This document shows, in pieces, positions 1 through 8,262 of a stretch of 64,000 nt of DNA (position 1 is the first letter of the stretch; every line of letters begins with the position of its first letter). Below the pieces are notes generated by a model. The model was not told the DNA's origin, made no database searches, and was given only the letters and a program-made list of their open reading frames with translations. The stretch comes from Anaerolineae bacterium (GTDB lineage Bacteria; Chloroflexota; Anaerolineae; Fen-1058): positions 9,691-73,690 of the forward strand of contig DATDPU010000033.1 of the NCBI GenBank assembly GCA_035292585.1, read 5' to 3'. A program made the position numbers and the translations under genes.

Positions 1-143
1 TGAGCGGTCAAACGACACTAGCCATTTAGACCTCCGAGGTTGAGCCGCGCAGCCACACTCCGGCGTAAGCCAAAGGAAACCTCGGAGGTCTACAGTTGCT
101 CAAGAATGGCTGACCCCGCTCTGCTGCGGAGGGAGTTGAACCG

Positions 144-398
144 TTACGGCTCTGCCCGTTCCAATAGCGCGCGCAACGCCGCGCGATCGATCGGCGCAAC
201 ATCGGCGCGCAACACCTCGCGCCCGTCGAGCCAGATCACCGGGATCGCGTGCTGGTAGCGCTCGACTAACACCGGATCAGCCGTGATGGCGCGGCATTCC
301 CACTCGAAGCGGAACTCTTTTTCCAACAGCCGCAACAACGCTTCGACCTGCTCACATAGATGACAACCGGGTTTGGTGAAGAGGACGAGTTGAGGCAT
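144..398 (-). CDS. glutaredoxin-like thioredoxin-fold protein (Grx2/DUF836-like)
   Basis: 84-aa ORF with N-terminal KPGCHLCE redox motif typical of small glutaredoxin-like proteins; it lies downstream of tlpA/ccdA. Confidence 0.7.
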   Translation of the reverse strand: MPQLVLFTKPGCHLCEQVEALLRLLEKEFRFEWECRAITADPVLVERYQHAIPVIWLDGREVLRADVAPIDRAALRALLERAEP

Positions 399-467
399 CG
401 GGAAGGATGAGGGCTGAAGGCTGAAGCATCGACCAGAAAGACGACGGCTTTCGTCCTTCGTCTTTCG

Positions 468-1040
468 TCATTTCGCCGGCAGAATATCGCCGATGTACGT
501 CTCAAGCTCATCGCCCGTCAGCGGGCCAACGTTCACGCCCTGTACGATCCCGTTGGCGTCGATGAAGACCGAGGTGGGCAGGCCGAGCACCGAGTAGGCG
601 GCGGCCACGGCGCCTTCTGCGTCGAGCAGGACAGGAAACGGCATCTGGAACTCATCCACGAACGCCTGCACATCGTCCACCACATCCAGTTGCGTGTTAT
701 CGATTGCCAGGACTTGCAGTCCCGCGTCCTTGTATGCCTGGTAGGCCTCGATGATCTCCGGCATCTCCTCACGACACGGCCCGCACCACGACGCCCAGAA
801 ATTGAGGAACATCGGCCGGCCCTGGTAGTCCGATAGGCTGGCCTGCCCCCCAGCGAGCGTTTTGAGCGTGAAGGCCGGGGCGATCGACCCGAGTTGGATG
901 CTGGTGAGTGTCTCGTCAAAAAGGGAGGTGGCAGGCGCGCAGGCGACGCTCAGCAACGCTAACCCGATCGATAGGACGCGAACAAACGCGGACATACATC
1001 GTTTCAAAGCGTTTTCGACACGCTTCGCGTCCGTGTTCAT
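468..1040 (-). CDS. TlpA/ResA-family thiol:disulfide oxidoreductase (thioredoxin-like, periplasmic)
   Basis: Signal/lipoprotein-like N-terminus, WCGPC active site and AhpC/TSA-TlpA fold pattern. Adjacent to ccdA. Confidence 0.8.
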   Translation of the reverse strand: MNTDAKRVENALKRCMSAFVRVLSIGLALLSVACAPATSLFDETLTSIQLGSIAPAFTLKTLAGGQASLSDYQGRPMFLNFWASWCGPCREEMPEIIEAYQAYKDAGLQVLAIDNTQLDVVDDVQAFVDEFQMPFPVLLDAEGAVAAAYSVLGLPTSVFIDANGIVQGVNVGPLTGDELETYIGDILPAK

Positions 1041-1047
1041 TCGGGGC

Positions 1048-1830
1048 CTAAACCTGCCCCGACTCGACGGCGGCCTGCCCCACCACGTGCCCGCTCAAGT
1101 AGCCAATGTAAGCCGGCACCAACGGCAGCACGCACGGCGACAGGAACGAGAGCAGCCCGCCCAGGATGGCGATGAGCACGGTGGGATCGGTTGCGCCGGG
1201 CACACCCGAATCGGATACGTTGAACGAATTGCCCAAGCGCGCGATCGTCGCCGTGAACTCGCCCGAAATCAACAGCACGCCCAGCGCGATGAGGAACAGA
1301 CCGGTGATGATCTCGATCGTGTGCAGATGGCGGGTGAGCCGGCGCAAGAAGCGGCTCAAGCGATCGACCAGCAGGCCCATGAGCAGAAACGGCGCGCCCA
1401 AACCCAGCGCGTAGCTGCCGGCCAGCACCAGCGAAGACCCGGTCTGGCCTTGCAGGCCCAGCTGGATGATCGAGCCGAAGATGGTGCCGATGCACGGCGT
1501 CCAACCGGCCGCGAAGAACATGCCCATCGCGAACGACGAGATGTAGCCCAGTTCCGGCCGGCCGGCGAACTGGCGGCGCGTATCGTAATACAGGAAGGGG
1601 AGCTTCAGCACGCGCATCGTCGCCAGCCCGAAGACGATGATGATCGCGCCGCTGATCTTGGCGATCTCGGTTTTGTAGGTGATGAGGAACTTGCTCAACA
1701 GCGCAAACGCGCCGCCGAACAGCACCACGAAAATGAACGAGAACCCCAGCACGAAGGCGACGGCGTGCAGGAAGATGGCGAAGCGCTGCGCCAGCGAGGC
1801 GGCTTGAATGTGCGTGGCCCTAATCTCCAA
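1048..1830 (-). CDS. ccdA: cytochrome c-type biogenesis protein CcdA (DsbD transmembrane-domain homologue)
   Basis: Polytopic membrane protein with conserved LSPCVLP motif and a second Cys in a TM helix. Length and topology typical of CcdA. Confidence 0.85.
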   Translation of the reverse strand: MEIRATHIQAASLAQRFAIFLHAVAFVLGFSFIFVVLFGGAFALLSKFLITYKTEIAKISGAIIIVFGLATMRVLKLPFLYYDTRRQFAGRPELGYISSFAMGMFFAAGWTPCIGTIFGSIIQLGLQGQTGSSLVLAGSYALGLGAPFLLMGLLVDRLSRFLRRLTRHLHTIEIITGLFLIALGVLLISGEFTATIARLGNSFNVSDSGVPGATDPTVLIAILGGLLSFLSPCVLPLVPAYIGYLSGHVVGQAAVESGQV

Positions 1831-1847
1831 GCTCTAATCTCCCACCG

Positions 1848-2018
1848 CTATCTTTCACCTGCCTGCCGTTTCTCCACCACGCGCTTCAACGCATCCAGGT
1901 CTTTCTCCAGGTTGCGCTGCCGGCTGCGGATGCTGAAGACGTACACGAAGGTGATCAGCCAGAAAAAGATGTACGCCGGGATCAAGTACGAGACGATGTT
2001 CTGCATTTCGGGGCTCAT
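1848..2018 (-). CDS. ccmD: CcmD-like small heme exporter membrane protein
   Basis: Not in the supplied ORF track (57 aa). Reading the minus strand from ATG at 2018 gives MSPEMQNIVSYLIPAYIFFWLITFVYVFSIRSRQRNLEKDLDALKRVVEKRQAGER, a single TM helix plus charged tail. It sits immediately downstream of ccmC, with a GGAGGA Shine-Dalgarno at 2021-2027. Confidence 0.5.
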   Translation of the reverse strand: MSPEMQNIVSYLIPAYIFFWLITFVYVFSIRSRQRNLEKDLDALKRVVEKRQAGER

Positions 2019-2127
2019 GAGTCCTCCGGAAAGATGATACGCCTGCGGCGAGTGAATGCTTACGCACTATTGAACGACCCGACGAACGACGGAAGACAAG
2101 GGACGAAGGTCGGCCATTCGTCCTTCG

Positions 2128-2823
2128 TCAACGTGACAACACTTGCTGCTTCAACACGGCCACTTCATCCGCCGCCCGCTCGACGCGCGTCCGCATGCGC
2201 AGCAGCGTCAAGTACACCAGCGAGAACGTGGCTAATGATACGAACATCGCCGTGCGCATCTGCGCGGTCAACGGCGGGAAGTCGCCCTGGCCGAACAGGT
2301 CGGGATGAATCGTGTTCCACCAGCGCGTCGCGAAAAACGTGATCGGCACACTGGCGAAGGCGATGATGCCGTATACCGCCGAGAAGCGCGCCCGGCGCTG
2401 CGGATCATCGATCGCGCCGCGCAACATCAGGTACGCGATGTAGATGAACAAGGCGATCGCCGTCGTCGTCAGGCGCGGATCCCACGTCCACCACGTGTTC
2501 CACACCGGCCGCGCCCATAACATCCCGGATAAAACGACCATGATTCCGAACACGACGCCGATCTCGACCGAGGCCACGGCGAGAATGTCATACCTGCGCT
2601 GCTCGCCCCGCGCCAGGTATAAAATGCTCGCCACGAACGCGACGAATAAGGCCAGCCCGGCCACCCAGGCGATGCCGACGTGAAAGTAGAAGATGCGCTG
2701 CACATCGCCCATGACGCGCTCGGTCGGCGCATAAGCGAACGCGAAGTACGCGGCCGCGCTGACCATCACTGCGGCTGCCGCGGCCAATACCATTCCCAAC
2801 GTGTCTCGCTTTGCCGTGGTCAT
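2128..2823 (-). CDS. ccmC: heme exporter protein CcmC
   Basis: Tryptophan-rich WWD motif (WNTWWTWDPRL), conserved His residues and about 6 TM helices. CcmC-like length. Confidence 0.9.
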   Translation of the reverse strand: MTTAKRDTLGMVLAAAAAVMVSAAAYFAFAYAPTERVMGDVQRIFYFHVGIAWVAGLALFVAFVASILYLARGEQRRYDILAVASVEIGVVFGIMVVLSGMLWARPVWNTWWTWDPRLTTTAIALFIYIAYLMLRGAIDDPQRRARFSAVYGIIAFASVPITFFATRWWNTIHPDLFGQGDFPPLTAQMRTAMFVSLATFSLVYLTLLRMRTRVERAADEVAVLKQQVLSR

Positions 2824-2875
2824 CCTCTCCTCCTATGTGAGTGTGGCTATGTGGGATATTTTACCGCAAATCCTC

Positions 2876-3634
2876 TCAATCTTCGACGATATATTCAAAC
2901 GTCAGCACTGCCAGCCCGCCTAAGGCCAGGTCGTAGGCCAGCAGCAGCCCCAGCCAGTTGCCCCACAACTCGAAGGGCGCATCGTCCAGCGCGCCCGCCG
3001 TGCACTTCACCGCCGCCAGCAGCGCGGGCAGCGCCACCGGCAGCATCAGGATCGGCAGCAGCACATCGCGCAGGCGCGTGTTGGCGGCCATCGTCGCCAG
3101 CAATGTGCCCACGCTGGCGAAGCCAATCGTCCCCAACACAACCGAGACCAGGATCATCGGCTTGATGAACGGCAGGTTGAAAAAGGCGACGAACAGCGGC
3201 AGGACAATCGCCTCGATTGCCGACATGAAGATGAAATTGCCCAGCGCCTTGCCGATGAAGATCGCGCTGCGATCGATCGGCGCCAAGCGCAACCCGTCGA
3301 AACTGCCCCGGTCGAACTCCGCCGCCAGCGAGCGGTTCAGCCCGAGCATGCCGGCGAAGGTGATGACGACCCACAGCACGCCCGGCGCAGCCGTCGCCGC
3401 CGAGCGCGCCACGCGCAGGTCGAATGCGAACGCGAACACGAAGATCACCAGCACCGCGAACGCGCCCATCGAGCTGAGCATGTCGCGGCTGCGAATCTCC
3501 GTCGTCAAGTCTTTCGCGACGATCGCGAAGATTTTGCGCAGATAGCTGCGGACCCCGCCCGGCGCCGCCGCAAACCGCGCCGGCGCCGGCGTCGTCAGCG
3601 TTTCCTCAGACACATTGACCACGCGATCACCCAT
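2876..3634 (-). CDS. ccmB: heme exporter permease CcmB
   Basis: ABC-2-type CcmB membrane protein pattern, about 220 aa and 6 TM helices. Positioned between ccmA and ccmC. Confidence 0.8.
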   Translation of the reverse strand: MGDRVVNVSEETLTTPAPARFAAAPGGVRSYLRKIFAIVAKDLTTEIRSRDMLSSMGAFAVLVIFVFAFAFDLRVARSAATAAPGVLWVVITFAGMLGLNRSLAAEFDRGSFDGLRLAPIDRSAIFIGKALGNFIFMSAIEAIVLPLFVAFFNLPFIKPMILVSVVLGTIGFASVGTLLATMAANTRLRDVLLPILMLPVALPALLAAVKCTAGALDDAPFELWGNWLGLLLAYDLALGGLAVLTFEYIVED

Positions 3635-3766
3635 GCTGTTTTACTCGTCTGAAAAACGAGTGCCTTACCGTAGAGCACGCCGAGGGTTACGTGAGTTTTC
3701 TCCGCGCTCTCCGCGTCCTCGGCGGTGCGACAGGCTTTTTGCAGTGAAGTCGTTTCACGTATCCGT

Positions 3767-4465
3767 TCAGTTGCGCACCACGCGGCTATACGTCTCGCGA
3801 AAGCTCGCCGCCACGATTTCGTTCCGCCGCGCTACGTACACCAGGCGGCCCCGCGCGATCAGCAAGGCGCGATCGCACAACGCCAGCCCGCGATCGAGAT
3901 CGTGCGTCGTCATCACCACGGCGCGCTGGCCGTCGTGGAGGCGGCGCAGCGTCTCGGCCAACCGATCCGCCGCGTCGGGGTCCAGCCCGGTGAACGGCTC
4001 GTCGAGCAGCACGACGCGCGGGTCGTGCAACAAGGCGCGCGCGATCGATAGGCGCTGCTGCATGCCGCGCGAAAAAGTCCTGACCCGGTCCGTGCGCCGC
4101 TCGGCCAGATCGACTTGCTCCAGCAGGTCGTCGATGCGCGGCTCCGCATTTCGCACGTCGTACAACCGCGCGAAGAAACGCAGGTTCTCCTCGGCGCTCA
4201 ACTCGCCGTACAGCAGCGGTTGGTGCGAGAGGAAACCGATTTGCCGCCGCGCGTCGTCCGCACCTTTGGGCAGGGCATGCCCGGCGATCAACACCGCGCC
4301 GAACGTCGGGCGCGACAGCGTGGCCAGGATGCGCAGCAGCGTCGTCTTGCCCGCGCCGTTCGGCCCCATCAGCGAGACGAACTCGCCCGCCTCGACGCGG
4401 AACGCCATGTCGCGCAGCGCGATAAACGGGCCGAATTGCTTAATGAGACCGGAGACTTCAATCAT
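3767..4465 (-). CDS. ccmA: heme exporter ATP-binding protein CcmA
   Basis: Walker A GPNGAGKTT, ABC signature and Walker B LLDEP. Operon position upstream of ccmB. Confidence 0.85.
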   Translation of the reverse strand: MIEVSGLIKQFGPFIALRDMAFRVEAGEFVSLMGPNGAGKTTLLRILATLSRPTFGAVLIAGHALPKGADDARRQIGFLSHQPLLYGELSAEENLRFFARLYDVRNAEPRIDDLLEQVDLAERRTDRVRTFSRGMQQRLSIARALLHDPRVVLLDEPFTGLDPDAADRLAETLRRLHDGQRAVVMTTHDLDRGLALCDRALLIARGRLVYVARRNEIVAASFRETYSRVVRN

Positions 4466-4474
4466 ACCCTTGCG

Positions 4475-4508
4475 GAGAAACCCGGTTTCTTCAAGAAACC
4501 GGGTTTCT
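4475..4508. repeat. 33-bp double-palindrome element AGAAACCCGGTTTCT-TCA-AGAAACCGGGTTTCT (copy 1 of 3)
   Basis: Perfect 15-nt inverted repeat arms seen directly in the sequence. It lies in the ccmA/cytochrome-gene intergenic region, and related copies occur at 11541-11573 and 11994-12024. Confidence 0.8.
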
Positions 4509-4519
4509 AAATCCTAGTC

Positions 4520-6553
4520 TTACCGCATCGCGCGCAGCAACTTCGCCTTCAACGCCTCGCGCCGCTTGCGGTATTCGGCTTCGGGAAGATCGCGCGCTTC
4601 AAAGGCATCATCCAGCGCGGCGATTTGATCCAGCAGTTGCTCGCGCCCGGCCAGGGCCGTGCGGGCCTGCTTGCGCAGAGTCGAGCGCGGCGGCGGCGGT
4701 GTCTTGCGCGGCCGCGTGCGCCACACGCCGTAGCCGACCGCGGCCACGCCGACGACGAGCAACGCGATCCCGCCGACCAGCTTGGCGTCGATGCCGGCGT
4801 TGGCGCGCGCCAGTCTGAACGTCAGCGGCTGACCGGCCGGCAGCGCCTGCCCTGAGAAGATTTCATACGCCGCGCCTTCGAAGCTGCGCACGCCCTGATT
4901 CGTCAGCTGGTCGCTTGACGCTTGCAGGTCGCCGGCCTGCACGAGCAGGTTGATCGAGTTCATCGGGTAGGTCGGGATCCGGCTGAGCGACGCCTCGGCG
5001 TCGAGCGGCAGCTGGTAAGCGATGACGAACTGCGCCGCTTCGTCGCCGGGCAGCACCGCCTCGCGGTAATCGAACCCATCCGGCGTTTGCACAAACACGC
5101 CCGGCGTGTCGTTCATGTCCCGGAAAGCCGTCGCGCCGGCCGGGAGCGTGAAGTGCAGCGTCGCGCCGCTCGTGTTCGCCACCGTGCGATCGCCCAGGTT
5201 GCTCAACACGTAAATCTCGGTGACGTCGAGCGCGCCGCTGTTCTGCGCCGCGATCAGGTGCAGGGTCTTGATCCGGATCGCGTCGGTGGCCGTGGTCTGC
5301 GCGTAGACCGGGAGCGGTAGATCGAGTGTGTTGGACGTCTCATCCAGGGTGACCGCCTCGCTCCAGTAGGTTACATCTTGAGGCGTGACGTTGACCGCCA
5401 CCACATCGCCGGGTTGCGCTTTCAGATCGGGCGCCTGGAAACGTCCCTCGGCGTCGGTTTTCAGCGTCTGTGTGATGGGTGCGTGATCCAGGCCGCCGGG
5501 GAAGTGGTAAAACGTGACGTCGATATTGACCGGCGGCGGCGAACCGGCGGTGCCGCTGACCAACGACCCATTGATCGTGTAGGAGGCATCTCCCGATGCC
5601 GACCCATCTCCCGATGCCGACCCATCTCCCGATGCCGACGTGTCTGGCGGCGGGGTAGTGGCGTCGGAGCCGGGCGTGACCGGCGGCGGCTCGGCGACGA
5701 CCGCGCTCGTGTCATACGTGAAGCTGCGCAGGTAGTCGATCACGGCGCTGCGCTCGAAGCTGTTCAGCTTGCCGCTGAAGGACGGCACGTGCGTGCTTTG
5801 CAGCGCGTTATCCCACTCGCCCGGCGCGACATCGCGGTAGGCGTCCAGCGTGCTCAAGTCAGGTACGTTGCCTTCGGCCTGGGACCCATTGCCTGCGCCG
5901 GTTTCGCCGTGACATTGCACGCAGCGCTCGGCGTAGATCGCCTGCCCGGTTGTCAGTTTCGATTCGGGCGAGCCGAGCGACCAGACGTACGCCATCACGT
6001 CCCACCGATCGTCGACGACCAGCGATCCGCTGAAGGGCGGCATGCCGCGCTCGAGCCGGCCGGCCGTGATCACCCCGAACCACTCGGCGGGCGTCGAGGC
6101 GCGGGCGACGCTATCGGCGGTGAGATCCGCCGGGGCCGCGCCGAACTGGGCCAGGATATCGGCCGCTTTGTCGCCGTCGCCCGCGCCGCTCGCGCCGTGG
6201 CAGCTGACGCACTTCTCGGCGTAGAGCGCCGCGCCGTTGGCGACCGACGGCTTGCGCGCGGGCAACTCCAATGCGACGTCGGTTTGGGGCGGCAGCGGCG
6301 TAAGAATGGGGGCGTTGCCGCGCGAGGGCGGCGGGGCCGACAGCGCGCAGCCGGAAAGAATGAGGCTCAGTAGGAGGCATCTCCAGATGCCGACGAATCT
6401 CCAGATGCCGACGACGAGTCGTCGTCTGGAGACGACTCCTACGGTTCCCTCTCTTGATGGCCGAAGGTCTCCCGACCGAGGCCTGCCGCAGACCTGGGTT
6501 CTGCTCTTCGGCGCGGTCGGGAGACCCGCGCCGATCGACAGTAATCTCATCAT
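4520..6553 (-). CDS. membrane-anchored diheme c-type cytochrome with large beta-rich C-terminal region
   Basis: Two CxxCH motifs (CVSCHG, CVQCHG), an SASGDG x3 repeat linker, a about 300-aa domain, a C-terminal TM helix and a charged coiled tail. The start is uncertain: ATG at 6553 overlaps the upstream stop as ATGA, and the track ORF extends to 6628 through a tandem repeat. Confidence 0.6.
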   Translation of the reverse strand: MMRLLSIGAGLPTAPKSRTQVCGRPRSGDLRPSREGTVGVVSRRRLVVGIWRFVGIWRCLLLSLILSGCALSAPPPSRGNAPILTPLPPQTDVALELPARKPSVANGAALYAEKCVSCHGASGAGDGDKAADILAQFGAAPADLTADSVARASTPAEWFGVITAGRLERGMPPFSGSLVVDDRWDVMAYVWSLGSPESKLTTGQAIYAERCVQCHGETGAGNGSQAEGNVPDLSTLDAYRDVAPGEWDNALQSTHVPSFSGKLNSFERSAVIDYLRSFTYDTSAVVAEPPPVTPGSDATTPPPDTSASGDGSASGDGSASGDASYTINGSLVSGTAGSPPPVNIDVTFYHFPGGLDHAPITQTLKTDAEGRFQAPDLKAQPGDVVAVNVTPQDVTYWSEAVTLDETSNTLDLPLPVYAQTTATDAIRIKTLHLIAAQNSGALDVTEIYVLSNLGDRTVANTSGATLHFTLPAGATAFRDMNDTPGVFVQTPDGFDYREAVLPGDEAAQFVIAYQLPLDAEASLSRIPTYPMNSINLLVQAGDLQASSDQLTNQGVRSFEGAAYEIFSGQALPAGQPLTFRLARANAGIDAKLVGGIALLVVGVAAVGYGVWRTRPRKTPPPPRSTLRKQARTALAGREQLLDQIAALDDAFEARDLPEAEYRKRREALKAKLLRAMR
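5586..5641. repeat. 18-bp tandem repeat CATCTCCCGATGCCGACC x3 inside the cytochrome coding region
   Basis: Direct tandem repeat seen in the sequence, encoding SASGDG repeats on the minus strand. Same motif family as the repeats at 6374-6426 and 28817-28990. Confidence 0.8.
6374..6426. repeat. tandem repeat ATCTCCAGATGCCGACGA x2 plus 17-bp perfect palindrome GACGACGAGTCGTCGTC
   Basis: Seen directly in the sequence. It shares the 21-mer GAGGCATCTCCAGATGCCGAC with position 28817. Confidence 0.75.
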
Positions 6554-7074
6554 CGCGCTACCTGCGTTCCCAGGGGCGCACCACATTTGGAGCAGAATGC
6601 ATCGCCGGCCTGGCTCGGCTTGCCGCAATTGGGGCAGGCCAACGCTTGATGCGGAGCGGCGCTGATCCCTTCAGCAGGTTTTCGCTTGCGCCGTTCGGCG
6701 ATCGCGGCTTCGAGCTCGGCGTCGGCGGTAGCCGGCTTGCGCTTGCGCCGGGCGGCGATTGCGGCTTCGAGCGCATCTTCAGCGGCCGCCGGCGCGGGGC
6801 CGGCCAGCGCATCGATCTGGCGCAGCACGTCGGCTGCCTGGGCGACTAAGCGTGCGCGCAGGGAGTCATGATCGGCAGCGATGATCTTGCCGGTAGCGTG
6901 ATCGAAATCGAGTTCGCGGATTTGCGTGTACAGCGCCTCGCGCTGCGCGAACAGCGTATCCAGCTGCGATTCGGCGGCAGGCGTCGCCCGGCGCGCCTGG
7001 CGCAGCGGTTGGCCGATGAAGAAGATCAGACCGATCACCAGCGCCAGGCCGATGAGAAGTGCCAAGATGTCCAT
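6550..7074 (-). CDS. small membrane protein with C-terminal zinc-ribbon (CPNCG...CSKCG) and internal 17-aa tandem repeat
   Basis: N-terminal TM helix, a coiled region containing AAIAARRKRKPATADAELEAAIAERRKRKPA, and a C-terminal CxxC-x9-CxxC motif. The start abuts the ccmG stop and the stop overlaps the cytochrome start, so it is part of the ccm operon. Confidence 0.5.
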   Translation of the reverse strand: MDILALLIGLALVIGLIFFIGQPLRQARRATPAAESQLDTLFAQREALYTQIRELDFDHATGKIIAADHDSLRARLVAQAADVLRQIDALAGPAPAAAEDALEAAIAARRKRKPATADAELEAAIAERRKRKPAEGISAAPHQALACPNCGKPSQAGDAFCSKCGAPLGTQVAR

Positions 7075-7641
7075 TTATTGACCTGCAAGTAGTTTTTCAA
7101 ACTCGACGGCCAAAGCCTGCTGTTCGACCGGGCTGGGCTGGAAGAACACGATCTCGCCCTGTTGATCGACGATAAAAGTTTCCGGCACGCCGGTGATGTG
7201 ATACTTGGGACCGATCTTGGTCTCCAGGTCCGGGCCGTTAGCATAAGTGATGCCGAAGCGCTGGAGATAGGTCAGCGCGTCGGCATGGTTGTCCGTCCAG
7301 TCCACCCCGATGAACACGACGCCGCGATCTTTATACTCACGCCAGGCCGCTTCGAGATCGGGCGCTTCCTCTTCGCACGGCACGCACCACGAGGCCCAAA
7401 AGTTGATCAGCACGACCTTCCCGCGCAGCTCCGACAACGCAACGGGAGACTTGCCCAGCCCGCCGTCATAGCCGTCGAAGAGCGACAGCATGAAATCGGG
7501 GGCCGGGCCGCTCACCGGCTGCGTCCGGTTGCTCTCCGACAGCCCCCAGGCGATAAAGCCGACGAACGCGATGATCAACGCGAGCACCCCGAACGCGGCT
7601 TTGGGCGGTGAAGATGATATTTGACGTGCGTCGCTGTTCAT
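7075..7641 (-). CDS. ccmG: thiol:disulfide interchange protein CcmG/DsbE
   Basis: Single TM anchor, WCVPC active site and TlpA/DsbE fold. The start is moved to ATG 7641 (MNSDARQ) because the upstream part of the track ORF is translation of a heptamer repeat. Confidence 0.85.
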   Translation of the reverse strand: MNSDARQISSSPPKAAFGVLALIIAFVGFIAWGLSESNRTQPVSGPAPDFMLSLFDGYDGGLGKSPVALSELRGKVVLINFWASWCVPCEEEAPDLEAAWREYKDRGVVFIGVDWTDNHADALTYLQRFGITYANGPDLETKIGPKYHITGVPETFIVDQQGEIVFFQPSPVEQQALAVEFEKLLAGQ

Positions 7642-7651
7642 AGCCAATGCT

Positions 7652-7770
7652 GAATGTAGAATGTAGAATGTAGAATGTAGAATGTAGAATGTAGAATGTG
7701 GAATGTGGAATGTGGAATGTGGAAAAGCAGTCATTTCATCATTCGGCATTCTGCCTTCTACATTTCAGAG
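7652..7770. repeat. heptanucleotide tandem array (GAATGTA x6, GAATGTG x4) followed by a partial inverted copy
   Basis: Direct repeats seen in the sequence, in the ccmH-ccmG intergenic region. GCATTCTGCCTTCTACATTTC downstream is the inverted complement, giving hairpin potential. Confidence 0.8.
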
Positions 7771-8262
7771 TTGTTGTTTCAATTCGCGCTCGACCTGATC
7801 GACGTACTCGTCGCCGGTTGGGGCCGGGGCCACGGGTCGGGCCGGCGCTGCTGCGCCGCGCTGCGACATGCGCCGGATGATGCGGAACGCATAGAAGCCG
7901 CCGGCGAGGACGACCAGGATCGGGCCGATCCATACAATGGGGGCGACTTGGGCCGATGACTCGCTCAGCACGCGCTGCCCGTAACGCTGGACGAAGAGCT
8001 GCACGATCGCTTCGTCGCTCTTGCCTTCGGCCAGGTATTGCGCGATCTGCGCCTTCCATTGCACGCAGGCTGGTGTCTGGCAGACGTCGAGCGGCTCGTT
8101 CTCGCACACCGGGCAATACAACCTGGAGGCGACGCGATTCACGTCGTCGGGGGCGTTGGGTCGCGGCGGCGGCGTCCCGGCCTGAGCCGAGACCGAGGCC
8201 GCCACCACCAACCCAACCAACAAACTAACCACCACTCCAACCCGCAGACTGAGCTTTCTCAC
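7765..8262 (-). CDS. ccmH: cytochrome c-type biogenesis protein CcmH (NrfF-like)
   Basis: LYCPVCENEPLDVC motif with AEGKSDEAIVQLFVQRYGQRVL signature, a signal-like N-terminus and a C-terminal TM. The proposed GTG start at 8262 overlaps the ccmF stop (GTGA). Confidence 0.8.
   Translation of the reverse strand: MRKLSLRVGVVVSLLVGLVVAASVSAQAGTPPPRPNAPDDVNRVASRLYCPVCENEPLDVCQTPACVQWKAQIAQYLAEGKSDEAIVQLFVQRYGQRVLSESSAQVAPIVWIGPILVVLAGGFYAFRIIRRMSQRGAAAPARPVAPAPTGDEYVDQVERELKQQL

Noticed and set aside
862-2037. 391-aa plus-strand ORF spanning tlpA/ccdA on the opposite strand
   Set aside because: Arg/Ala/Gly-rich low-complexity translation typical of antisense frames in high-GC DNA. The minus strand encodes well-supported CcdA, TlpA and a CcmD-like protein. 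The same reasoning applies to 5378-6373(+), 26285-27616(+), 29466-30242(+), 44618-45592(+), 47430-48233(-), 50404-51348(-), 53629-55224(-), 55520-56488(-) and 56660-57439(-).
4115-4510. ORFs ending in ...KPGFFKKPGF (also 11294-11821, 11539-11877, 11971-13083)
   Set aside because: The shared peptide is simply translation of the 33-bp palindromic element on either strand. The ORFs overlap better-supported genes or have no other coding support.
6237-6665. 142-aa plus-strand ORF with LQMPTNLQMPTT repeats
   Set aside because: Translation of the GGCATCTCCAGATGCC repeat family on the antisense strand of the cytochrome gene start region. The ORF at 28803-29462(+) with MPTLRMPTLQ repeats is the same artefact.
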